From: Rhizaria sp. SCN 62-66
Lineage: Eukaryota
NCBI GenBank assembly: GCA_001724265.1
Contig: MEDY01000133.1
Span: forward strand, 1-64,000
Direction: 5' to 3'
DNA: 64,000 nt
In this document: one piece after another, positions 1 to 11,542 of the stretch
Numbering within the stretch: position 1 is the stretch's first letter
Layout of the letters: each line of letters begins with the position of its first letter
Program-made: the position numbers and the translations under genes
Notes under the pieces: model-generated
Told to the model about the DNA's origin: nothing
What the model saw: only the letters and a program-made list of their open reading frames with translations
The model's database searches: none

Positions 1-95
1 AGGCTGGCCGTGTCGGTCTCCGCCACCGCATCACCAAGGAGGACGCCATGAAGTGGTTCCTCGCCAAGTTCCAGGACTCCCAGATCAAGGATTAA
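1..95 (+). CDS. RPL11: 60S ribosomal protein L11 (uL5), 3' end only
   Basis: Frame starting at base 3 reads AGRVGLRHRITKEDAMKWFLAKFQDSQIKD*, matching the eukaryotic uL5 C-terminal motif (G..HRI.KE.AM.WF). Stop is TAA at 93-95. Confidence 0.88.
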   Translation, partial: AGRVGLRHRITKEDAMKWFLAKFQDSQIKD

Positions 96-808
96 GCGCG
101 ATAGCGACGCAGTCGAAACCGACGACGTGATTTTAGACTCGTGTGCTGTCTCGATCGATGTTGTGACCCTTGCGTTGACGACTGCCTGCTGCTTGTTGTT
201 GCTCGTGTTGGGGATGTATATCGGCGTTGATGGGTCTAATTTTGCAATATTGGGTGAGAAACAATACAAAGATAACCAAATTCAACAGTTTTGTTTCGTG
301 GCCTGCTTTTTGCTCCGTGATTTCTATGTTTTCTTCATCTCGCTCTTGCTTGCAAGGCGTCGCCTCAGCGGCTCAAGGAGGCCAGCCTAATTCAACTCAA
401 TTATGTGGACTTAATTCACTGTCAACGCTATCGCCGTTCTTTATCCTGTGGCATTATTTCCTCAACGCAATTGTTTCAATTTGAATCCCGTCATACTTGC
501 GCATATGCGTATCTGGCACGGGTGAATCCTGACGGCTGTGATTTAGTCTCGCGCCAGCCGCGTGTCATCCTTTGCACCATCCCCAGACAACTATGCTTTC
601 GCTCAAGCTTCAACATATCCTACATCACATGTACGCATCAATCATATATCTCTGCCTCTTTTGCCACATCTCTACAGTAATTTATCTTCCTTCTTGAAGC
701 ACCAAGTTTCAAGTTTCGCCCGTCTGCCCACTCCTTTTCGTCGGCACCTAAACCCTTCGCACCCACACTCGCTTTGCAGAGTCGCTGCGACTCTCTTCCT
801 TCACCTGC

Positions 809-2317
809 ATGTCTGCTCCTGCCCCGGGCAAACTTTCCGCTTCCCGCATGGCCTTTGCGGCGACGATCAATCCCATGATGCTCGGCGGCCCCCCTCGCCG
901 CCCCACTGCCACAGCCACCGCCGCCCCTGACAACTCCAACGCGAGCAGCAACAACAACAGCAACAACAGCAACAACAACGACAGCGCAGGCGCCGCGCAG
1001 CCCAACGCGAACCCTTTTGCGGCGTCTTTCACGAGCGGCGTGGGTGGCAGTACTGGCGAGATGAATCACCACACACGTGCGAAGATGGGGACAAAGCGTC
1101 GCCCGTCCACTCTCCCCCGTTTCGACGCGATTGCCGCCTCCAACATTGTCACCAACAACGCCAAGAACAGCAACAACAACAACAGCAACAGCAACAACAG
1201 CGGCGGTAACGACAGCTTCAGCGTGAGTTACTCTAGTGGGAGCATGGGTACGCCGGCCAACAGCAGGGTCAGCAGCAACACTGCGAGCGTCACGGGTAAC
1301 TCGAGTGCCACAAGCACTAGCAATAGCAGCACCACGACGCCCGTGGCACCGGTCGCCGCGGCCACGGTCCCCGCCGCGGCCGCGGTCCCCGCCGCGGCCT
1401 CAGCCACTGCCGCTGCCGCCGCCACGGTCACTGCCGCCGCCCCTGCCACGGTCATTGCCGCCTCTGGTGATGCTGATGTTCCGCATGTGGGTGCGAAGGA
1501 CACGAAGACGAGTGTGAGTCTGGAGGCTTCTGATGCGCCAGTGCATTCTGTCACTATCATTGCCTCCCCGTCCAAGAGCAGCAACAAAGACAACAAAGAC
1601 CACACTAAGAAGGGCTCTGTCATTACGAGTTCTGGCGCGGGGGGTGCCGCGAGTACTGGCGATGTGTCTGTGTTTGTGAGCTCGTCCGATCTCGGCCTGA
1701 ATCTCAACAGCACCGTCAATAGCCCCACGAACGACGACGGCGACAACCACAACAACACTCGCAACAACAGCGGTAAGACTAAGAGCGGTGCCGCAGTGGC
1801 TGCTGCCACTGCGACAACCACGAACAACAACAAGCGTTACTCCGCTCTTGACGATGACTACGCTCCCGCTGCCGCCGCCGCCGCCGCTGCTGCTACCACA
1901 AACAAGGCTGCTGCTGCGAGTAAGACTAAAACAGCTACTAATGCAACAACTGCGTCTGGTTCTGCAGAGGCGGGGACGAGCTACGGGAGTGATATGGACG
2001 TGGTTGCGGCATTGGCGGTGCGTACGCCGGCTGAGTCCGAGGACGAGCCTTCATTCTCGCCCTCATACGCGAACAACAACAGCAGCAACAACAAGCACAA
2101 CGGCAAGGGCAGGGATGCGCACAGTGTCGATGTTGTTGTTTCGTCACCGTCAAGCATGAGTGCGTCGGTGAGTGGGTATCAGAGTAGAGCCAGCTCGCAG
2201 CCGCTGCCGCCGCCGAAGCAGTCGCGCAGTGATGATCACGATGGCGCCAGCTCTGGGGGGGACAAGCAGGAGCAACAGGGCGGGGGATTCTGGTCGTGCT
2301 TTTCGTGCTTCTGCTAA
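809..2317 (+). CDS. Hypothetical low-complexity (Asn/Ala/Ser/Thr-rich) protein, 502 aa, Cys-rich C-terminus
   Basis: Long ATG-initiated ORF with the same codon style as neighbouring genes and AT-rich flanks. Ends GGFWSCFSCFC-TAA. No recognisable domain. Confidence 0.75.
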   Translation: MSAPAPGKLSASRMAFAATINPMMLGGPPRRPTATATAAPDNSNASSNNNSNNSNNNDSAGAAQPNANPFAASFTSGVGGSTGEMNHHTRAKMGTKRRPSTLPRFDAIAASNIVTNNAKNSNNNNSNSNNSGGNDSFSVSYSSGSMGTPANSRVSSNTASVTGNSSATSTSNSSTTTPVAPVAAATVPAAAAVPAAASATAAAAATVTAAAPATVIAASGDADVPHVGAKDTKTSVSLEASDAPVHSVTIIASPSKSSNKDNKDHTKKGSVITSSGAGGAASTGDVSVFVSSSDLGLNLNSTVNSPTNDDGDNHNNTRNNSGKTKSGAAVAAATATTTNNNKRYSALDDDYAPAAAAAAAAATTNKAAAASKTKTATNATTASGSAEAGTSYGSDMDVVAALAVRTPAESEDEPSFSPSYANNNSSNNKHNGKGRDAHSVDVVVSSPSSMSASVSGYQSRASSQPLPPPKQSRSDDHDGASSGGDKQEQQGGGFWSCFSCFC

Positions 2318-2751
2318 ACGCGGCGATCTCGCGCGCTCATGGGTCAGTAGTAAAATATCAATACCTGAATAGTGTGTGTAATGTAAAGTGAAACTCCTGT
2401 ATAGCTTTGATTTTGTGTTTCATTTCGAATAAAGTTCTGGCTTGCCGTACATATAGAGTATCTCAATCCCACCACAAATCGCTTTTTCAAATGGCAGAGT
2501 CTTGCTGACAATCCAAGATGCACGTGTCAGCATCCATCGTCTTTGAGGTTGAACACGGCCGTCGAATGATCAGAATGCAACGAAACACAATATATATTCT
2601 TTTATTGAACACTTTCTCAAAGCAATCTCCTACTTCTCTGCCATTGCGCTCCACTGTTAGGCTTTTTGTACTAGACTCGTGAAGACTCTTTTCTTCGCGT
2701 CTGACCGCCCGACGTTTCGCGTTCTGCCCTCGTCTTCGCGCACCGAGCACA

Positions 2752-4632
2752 ATGCCCGCCGTGTTCTCCCGCTCCCGCGCCCTTGTTGGCGTCCCCGCGA
2801 AGCTTCTGCTTGCGCTTCTCGCGTCTCTTCTGCTCGCTTCGTCCTTCGCCCTCCCTACCACCACAGCGACTGAAGTCGAGCTAGATCCCTCAGCAACCGC
2901 GCTTAACGGCGACGCAGACGCCGACTCTATCGCTGCTGCCGACATCCCCGCGTTTGCGTCGCGTCCCCCGATGCTCCACGTCGACCACAGCGGCACCGCC
3001 CACATCCGCGCTGCTCTCGACGGCGAAGAAAGCGCAGTCGCGACCGTGAAGCCGGCCGCTTGCAGTGCGCCGGATAGCCTTTTCCCCGAAGTCATCAAGT
3101 TGACCCCGTCGTCGTCGCTGACCACGACCACACCCCCCGGCGTTGTTAGCAACTGCATCCCCGAGTCCGCCCGGAAAGCACACGCGGCGGCGGCGGCAGC
3201 GGCGGCGGCGGCGGCGGCAGGTAGCAGCAGCGACGCCGTTGCCACGACCATCGCACCCGAAGACGTGCCTCCTGTTGTCCCTACCGTCCCCGCCGCGGGC
3301 GACACGGACAAATCGAGCGCTATTCCCCCAAAGCCTGATACGGGCAAGCCTTCCGGAACCTGTGACTGCGCCTCGAAGGGCCGCGGGACATGTGACGGAA
3401 CATGTGGAGGTGCACGCGGTGCCGAGTACCGTAAAATGTACGAGTCACGCGTGCACAAGCTCTGTGGGTATCGGCGCGGTACGCGCGGTGCTCACGGTCA
3501 CCCTCACAAGACACCCAGTACTGGGGGTAAGAACGGCGCGGCTGTCGTACCTGTTGATAAGGCTGCTGCCGCGGCCGCTGTGAGTCATGCCGGTGCCAAT
3601 GCGGGTGCGAGGAAGGCTATTTGCGACGGTAGTGCGAGTGCCGACGCCCGTTGCGGGACTATGGACCCTTCTTCGGGCACGGCTGTGACGCCGCCGCCGC
3701 TGCCACCGACCTCTGGCGCCGGCGCGGTCCTGCACCCCGTTGTTGTGGATGCGACGACGGGCGCGGTCGCCACAAGCGGCGGGCTTGTTCCTCTCCCATT
3801 GCGCCCCCCGCGAGGCTCTGGGCCTGGCAACAACCTGCTTGGCAACGGCGACGATGATGAAGATGATGATAACGGGTTTGATGTTGACGGGACGTTCCCG
3901 GAGTGCTCTGTATTGATTTTGAAGCCGGATGCTCTGAGGAGGAAGCTTGTCGGGGAGATCATGGGCCGGGCGGAACGTTTGCCATTGACTTTGCTCGACT
4001 CACGAGTCATCACGCCAACTGCGGGACAGGTACGCTTGCACTCAGCTACAGAATCGCATTTAAATGAATCTAGACATCCACAGATAATAGCTCGGAGTTA
4101 TATTGCTCATTTCATATCTTTACATTATCATGTTACGTTTTTATTTCAAAAGTTTTCATATTTCCGCTCAATTTTACTTTTAAGTGTTTTTATTGAACTC
4201 AATGGAATGCCTTCTCGAGATATCACCACATGATCATGATGTGTCAAGCTATAATCTACAAGATGCAGGCAATAACGCAAACCTTATATGATCCTTCACC
4301 CTTTCTTCATCTCGAATTCATTTTGTACTTTCTTTGTAACTCTTTGTGGTTTTATCACATCACAGGTGACTCGCCACTACGCACACTTGGCCCACACTCC
4401 TTTCTTTGACGAGCTCCTCCGCTACATGACCTCGGGCCCCGTCATGGTTACCGCCTGGGCAGGCCGTGGCGCGATTTCCTCTCTGCGCCGCATTGTCGGT
4501 GCAACTGACCCGGCACGCGCGACCGCGGGTACCGTGCGCGGTGATTTAGGGGCGACTGTGGAGGAGAATGTTGCACATGCGAGTGAAAACACTGCGGAGG
4601 CTGAGCGTGAGGCTGGGATCTGGTTTCCGTGA
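2752..4632 (+). CDS. Nucleoside diphosphate kinase with N-terminal signal peptide and long extension (~514 aa, 2 exons)
   Basis: Exons 2752-4029 and 4366-4632 (intron GTACGC...CAG). NDK motifs LILKPDA, HYAHL..PFF..L..YMTSGP, RRIVGATDP, GTVRGD, NVAHAS, IWFP. Hydrophobic leader KLLLALLASLLLASSFA. Stop TGA. Confidence 0.9.
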
Positions 4633-4699
4633 ATACGTTGACTTCTCATTATGTTGGTACTATATGAGTGCTTTGTGATGATGTTGTGCGTGCGTGCGT

Positions 4700-4726
4700 G
4701 AGAGAGAGAGAGAGAGAGAGAGAGAG
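4700..4726. repeat. (GA)n microsatellite
   Basis: Perfect GA dinucleotide run downstream of the NDK stop. Confidence 0.95.
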
Positions 4727-5493
4727 GCCCGGAAGGGGAGTAAGAGGCTGGGATATGGTTTCCGTGACTATTCACGATGTGAAACTAGTCTAGTTTGTTG
4801 AAATTGTCGACTGATCTCACACACCGTGATGTTCCAACGTGCACTTGGATGACGTTTGATATCGATCAATGAGTGATATCATGAAGTTAGAAATTAATTG
4901 CCAACCAAGGTTGGTGTTCGAGGTCAACTGGATCTTGTTGTCATGACATGCTGATCTGTGCACGTATTGCTATCATAGTCGTGCCAGCAAGATAGATGAT
5001 TGTGTGGACATATGAGTAACGCGCGCGAGAGTCTTAGTTACTGGAGTTGTTTTGCGGTCGTACGTCTGCTTTGAGCGACATGGTGTGTATTGATATGATG
5101 CATACTTCATTATACGTTCCAACACACTGCAAATTTGTCTGCTGCTGCTATGCGTACACACTAGATCAAACAGACTGTAAATAGCGGTAACTAGTAACTC
5201 GCACAGTCGCGACATGATCATAACAAACAACAGAGAATATAGATTACGTTTTGACATTAACAACCATACAACAGCAAAAAATGAAAATTAAACATAACAA
5301 CACTGGTCTACTTATGCAATGCGACTCAGATAAGATCAAGTTGCTACAGGGTACAAATGGAGCGCCTGCTTCACAATTGAACTTAACGCGAGTCCTGTAG
5401 CACTGGACTTCAATCAACATAAGCTTAACATATTATTATCACAATCAAGAAAAATGGGTGGAACCAAACATATCTTCAGGAGTGGCGTTGCTG

Positions 5494-8400
5494 TCACTGC
5501 CGCAGTCGAGCCAACGCCTCACGCGCTCGTGGATACTGACTTGCAGCCCTCTCATACATGATAATTGCCTTTTCCCGATTTCGCTCAACGCCATCAGCAG
5601 TGGCATAGCACAATCCAGCAAGATACTGCGCTCGCAGCAAGTCATGGTTGTTTTCTGCGACTTCAATAATCATTGCAGCACCTTTTCTCTTGTTCACCTC
5701 AACACCGATTCCGCGCATATAGCAGAGTGCAAGCGCAAGCTTGCCTTCCGGCACACCCATTTTTGCGGCCCTGTTGGCAAGCCCCCAGATCTCGATAAAC
5801 TGCAGCCTTTCGCTTATTAACACCGGATATGGCTTATTCTTACTTGCGTCTTCGAGCAACACCATCGCACGCAACGCACGCCTTGCTGCAGCGTGTCCAG
5901 AGCCGCCGTCACTGGCAGCTTTCCACCACCACACTGCTTCGTGAAGGCGGTCATTGTTTTGCAATTGTAACGGAGAGCTCCGCTCCTTTGCGGCGTTTTG
6001 CTCAAGCATCTCGGCGTACAGATACTGTGCGCGTACAATGCCGCACTCCGCTGCAATACTCAGATGTGAGATCGACTTATCATGTTCACCGACATACGCA
6101 TGCGCAGGTCCGTATGGCACTTCGCACGTGGCTGCGCGTACTTTGTGCTTGTGCGCAGCGGCTAAGTCAGGGGCAAGACCAAAACGTCCTCCTTGCAGCG
6201 CATTGCCAAGCTCAAAACATGCCATTGGATCTCCAGCCTCTGCACCGGCCTGCAAACGCGCGACAAGATTGTCCAGGAGAGGGTCCGCGTTTTGGATGTC
6301 GCCAAAGTCGTAGCGCAAAACAGCAAGTGCGGCAAGAGCACCATCAGCTTGAATAGAACCCTCTTTACGGACTGAAATGAGCATGATTTCAGCATTTTCG
6401 AGATCAAGATTAGCGTCTTTAAGCATTCGCTCAGCTTTCTCCGAGTCAACCTTATCAACAGTCATGAACCCATCCTTCTTGAAGTCAATGTTTCGCGAGA
6501 TGAGCCAGAGAGCACAGTTGTACGCCCCCATAGCGTCCCTGTTTGAAAGGTTCATCATGAGCCGATAAGCCTCACGAGGGTTATAAACGCCCCATTCGGG
6601 GCTGCAGTAGATCATCGCAAGCTTGCGCTGGGCTTCAAGATTGCCAAGCTCTGCAGCCTTGCAAATGTCGCAAAAAATCTCATCTTTGCGATCGCAGTTC
6701 CTGATGTTGCTGATTCGATTGATGAGATTGTATGCTTTGTTGAACAGCATTTGTGCATCATCGCAAGGAGGCAATTGCAGCGGCAGCGCAGCATTAGAAA
6801 CAGCATTTTTACCCTGTACCGCGTTTGAAACGAGATGATTCTGATAGGAACCGCGAACTCCAATAATGCTATTCGACAAATGTTGAGCGGCATGCTGCGG
6901 AAGATGAGAGATACTAACACCACGGATCCGCTCTTCTCGCTGCTCTTGGATTGATTCCCGCTGATGCAGATCCGGGACTGGCAGGGAGTCTTGTTCTGAT
7001 AGTCCCGGCGGCGGCGGCACTGATGATAGCTTAGAATCGAGCACAGGCCTTGGCTCCAACGGTTCGTGTGGGAGCTTTAATGGCCGTGGGGGTCGCTGCG
7101 GTCTCGCGTCAACATCTGAATGCACTGGCGCAGGCGGCAAGACAGAGGGCCGGTGAGTCTTGGGAGGTGCGGGTAGGGCGCTCTCTGAGTCACACGAATG
7201 CAACGCAGAGCCCGAGTCCTCCGGCCACGGTGACAGACCACCCAAAGGGACTTGCGACGGCGGTGACTGCCAGTACATCTGCATCGCATTTGATAGCGGC
7301 TGCGTTGTTGATGATGGCGACGCAGATGATGCTGTTGTTGATGATGAGAGCGACAGTGATAATGTGAGCGGTTCCAACGCGTTTCTCGCACGTTCTGGTT
7401 GTGATTGGAGATATTCGTCATCGCCATCTTGATACAAGTCCCCCTGGGCTGCTTTGGAGGCTTCAGCCAGAGGATCGTTGTTCCACCCCCTTCCTAAACT
7501 ATAGCGAGAGTTGCGCGGGGTGGAGCCCAAAATGACGCTGCCTGAGAGGCTCGTCCTCCCAGTAGCAAGATTTGCGACATCAGCTGGAGGATTTGGCAAT
7601 GGGAGAAGAGGAGGGTTGTTCAAGCTTGGCCTTGTCGACCCAGGTGTAACAGGCCTGCTGTGTGCATCAAGCGGCGGCGGCTTCATTTGCCCCGGTTGTT
7701 GCCCGCTCTGCTGGTGTGGCTGTGGTGACGGCGTTCTCAGTACGGCGGGTCCGGTTCCGATGCCAGGCAAAGGAAACCCGCCCCATGGGAGCGTCAGCAA
7801 ACCGCGCTCAGGCCCCTGTGTCTGCCCTTGCGCGAGCGCGTTTGGTGTTTGAGCTCCAGCACCGGGAGCCGCCTGCGGTGGCGGCTGCGGCGTTAACGGG
7901 CGTAACCCATGTTGGGATTGTGACTCTGCGGGTAAAGGTCGCAACGGCGGAGGGTGAGGCTGGCATGGCAACGCAGCCTCTTGACCCAGACTTATAGCAA
8001 ACCTGCGAGACTATGCTGCGGAATGCCGTTTTTTCAGCTAACTAACTAGTTGTTGTTTTTGCTGTTGTTGTTTCAGTTGCTAATATTGCGCTGCCAACTG
8101 CTGTTGATTAGCAATGGATGGTGGCGTTACAAGCGAATGACACCTAACAGTGTTGTTCTGTAAAGCTTCGTTCCTTGCAGAGCTCCCGTCACCGTCTGTC
8201 ACCGCCCGCGGCCGCGTTGAAGCATTGTCGCCTGCTCCATTTAACAGCGGTGTCATCTGCCCAAGCGCGCTGAATTCTTCGTCTCCCGTCTGAGAATGCG
8301 TCTGGTCTGAAACTGTGGCACCCGTGGCTCGGTCTCCTACTTGCGGTTGCGGCGGCGGCGGTGGAATTGACATCGTCTTTGTGTAACCAGGCGTCAAGCC

Positions 8401-10400
8401 ATGGTTTTCAGCCTCACCATGAACAGCAGCAGAAGAAAAAGCAGCAAGATTAGCCGTTGTCAAAGTCTTGTTCATAAGCGTCAACACGTCATTGCTATTG
8501 CTTGCCAGCTTTGTCAGCCGTGTCACCACTTGGTCCACTGTAGGCCTTTTGGCGGGATCGGTTTGCCAACATTCTGCAATCAGTGTCGACAACTCTTGAC
8601 TGGGCGCGGTGTCAGGGTGAAATCTGTTCTTCTCGTCGTAGCTTGCAACATTTAGAGTTGGCCGAATGCCATCTTTGACGACTGTCAGCACAGCAGAGTC
8701 GGGAAGCCCGTCGAACGGACGACAGCCATACGCAATCTCATACAGAGTCATACCAAGTGCGTAGATGTCAGTACTTGTACTGTGCTGTGAAATGGTGAAG
8801 AGTTCCGGTGCCATCCAACTTATCGTGCCCCTTTGAGACAGGGCGGGTGCTATAGCATTAGTACACACGACCGTGACAACGACAGCAACAAGAAAAAAAC
8901 ATCGGGTGTACGGAGGACATTGTGAGATTAGATATCGTGTTGCGAAAGCGTGTTTCAGCAAAATGGTATGTTTCGTTATAAATCAGTGCGCACACTTTGC
9001 ATTTACTAGTCTGGTTTAGCGGGAGACGTACATGTATCACGCGAGAGAGATTGTAACGTGGACTGCAACTTTGCGTTCCCGAAGTCGGTAACTTTCACAA
9101 CAGGCTCCGTTCCTTTGCCAGATACTGCCCAAAGAAAGTTCAACGGCTTAATGTCGCGATGAATAACGCCGTTCTTGTGCAAGACTTGCACTGCAAGTGC
9201 CACTTGCTTTGCAAGCCACACACGGCCCGCTGCTGTGAGCATCTTGTAGTCGGTGCTAGCAAGTAGAGCTGTCAACGCGCCACCATCCATAAACTCAATC
9301 ACGATGGCTAAGTTGCCGTGGTTAACACTGTTAAGGATACTGTTGGCGTCTTCATAGCCGTTGTTACTTGCGTCGATCTGAGCGCCAGCACTATACGCTC
9401 CGCTCCTGACACTACTGTTCTTGATTTCTACGAGACCGTAACAGTGCGTGATAAAGGATGATGACTGCAATCGGTAGTGCACACAGAGCTCGTTCAGGAC
9501 TTCTGCATCCTTGCATAGAATGTCAGCTTTCGCTTTCAACACCTTTAGTGCAACAGCGGTGGTCTCTTGATTGTACTTCGCGTTGGGGTTTGCCATGTGT
9601 TGAGTCTTGTTCGCAGTGTAGAGTGCACGGTAAACGTACGAATAACCACCCTCCGCAAATGGACGCGCAATAACTTTAAAATCAGTGTACGGTATCTTGG
9701 GAATAGTTTGTGACTTCCATTCAATGACTGAGATCCGCCGAGGAGGGGGGTTGACAAGGGCACTTGGACCTGCCTTGTTACAAGCCGCTTCAGGGATACC
9801 CCCAGAACTGCCAGCGGCGCCGCCGTGAGCAGCTCCAGCAAGGTTGAGTTGGCGAGCGTGCACGTCAGCGGGACGAAGGCTTGAACTAACGATTCCAGGC
9901 TATGCAGGGATTGACGCCTTGCGACTAGAGTTGGAGACAAGAATGTCGAACATGAGGTTGGACCGCACTTCCCCGAGCCTGAACCTCAGGTACTGATACT
10001 CATCGTTGATGCCGTTAGCAAACAGAACGCGTGAAAGACGAAAACGGCGATTAATCTTGTTGATGAAATTCTCGCAATCACCAAGAACAAGAACAAAGTC
10101 TTTGAGTGACTTGTAGCAACCATGACAGAGATCTTGGGGCATGCCCTCGACTACTTCTAAGAAAAGGAAACACATAGAAAAAGAGAGTCGAAGTACAACT
10201 GAAGGTTAGAAAGCATGTCATTTTTGCAATATACAGTTCATATGGTTTGAAAGCTCCGAGATATGTGTTTTGTCGCACGCACCAATCAAGACACTGACGT
10301 CCTTCGCCAGTGACCGAGCCTGCTTTGCGTTGTCTTTGTCTCGCTCAAGCAAGGAATATACATCCTTCGCAGCGCCAAGCACGGTGGCAAACGGATCCAT
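5494..10400 (-). CDS. Helical N-terminal domain (MLKL-NTD-like) + protein kinase + Sel1-repeat protein, paralog A (~1532 aa, 3 exons, 4 in-frame TAG)
   Basis: Exons 10400-10283, 10156-9032 and 8849-5494. Kinase motifs VALK, HRDIKPLN, DFG, GTISWMAPE, DIYALG. C-terminal Sel1 repeats (EAQRKLAMIY, ACFELG, AQYLAGLCYATADGVERN). Frame is continuous if the TAGs at 9900-9902, 8080-8082, 8038-8040 and 8011-8013 are read through. Stop TGA. Confidence 0.85.
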
Positions 10401-11542
10401 ATTAATTGTCACCTATCAGTCAGTTTTTTCCTGAAAAGACTCTCTTACAGATATGAAAAGATGATGCGTTTCCAGTTGGCGAGGCTGCTCATGGAGGCAA
10501 AGCAAGTTAACAGACATGGAGAGCTTGTGAGCTTAAAAATAAGTTAATTGGCTATACGATTGTCATAATGTAACTAAATCACTGCTGCGTTGCAATCTAT
10601 CTTATCAACGCGCAAAAGAAACTGCGGAATGGCTCTGTAAAATGCAATCGTATTCCAACTTCCCCCCTCTCTCACACACCTTGGGTCTAGTCTTGCGCCT
10701 TGGTAGTTCGTCAGCGACCACGGTCACTGCAGTCACAGACCGGCCAGTGAGGTACCAGTGACTAGTTTGAGAAGCTGATGACAGCTTCGAGTTAGTTTCC
10801 AAAGTCTCACATCACCAGTATATTTCTCGACGTGAGGTACAGGATTACGTACGTAGACAGATCTCGATCAACTTGTACTCTGAGATAACAGGTGTCACGT
10901 GCCAAAGTCGAGCAGCTTTTGAGTTATTGTCAAAGATGATTTACGGGACGCGGTTACCAAGAATTTAACAGCCAGCAACGGCGCTGAAATTTGTCGCTTT
11001 GTGTATAAATATGATAAGCTGTCGTCTCTAGGTGCAAAGGACTCACGACAACTGCATGCGAAGCGATAACGGTACGTTTGTGAAGCCGTAACGCTCACCC
11101 TTGCAGATTTCTAAAAATGAATTTGATCACAACAGTATACTAGATAAGCTTTGAGGGACGTTTTACCACACAGCAAGTGAGCGAATTAATAAAAATTCTT
11201 CATTGGACGTACACACAGATTAAAACATTGACGATAAAGGACACATTAAAATACGCATTAAAACACACTTGACTTAAAAAAAATACAACATGAAACGAAA
11301 CTCATCATTGCTTTCCACCGAGACATGGGATGACAACACATTAATTGGCACTTATAATAAAACTTAAACACTCGCGCAATTTCGGCATTGCAGTTCAATC
11401 AAGGAATAGTGATAATAAGCCTATGAGCTTCCTGCAAGTTAGACTTAGCCCATTAATGACAGCATTCGCTGCGCGTAACCGCTACAGTGCATCGTCAAAA
11501 GCTTTGGGCGCGTACAACAGAAGCCGTTACAGAACGTGATGG

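Noticed and set aside
9006-9008. TAG ending the 9006-9863 kinase ORF
   Set aside because: It lies inside the inferred intron 9031-8850 (GTACGT...TAG) and is followed directly by TAA.
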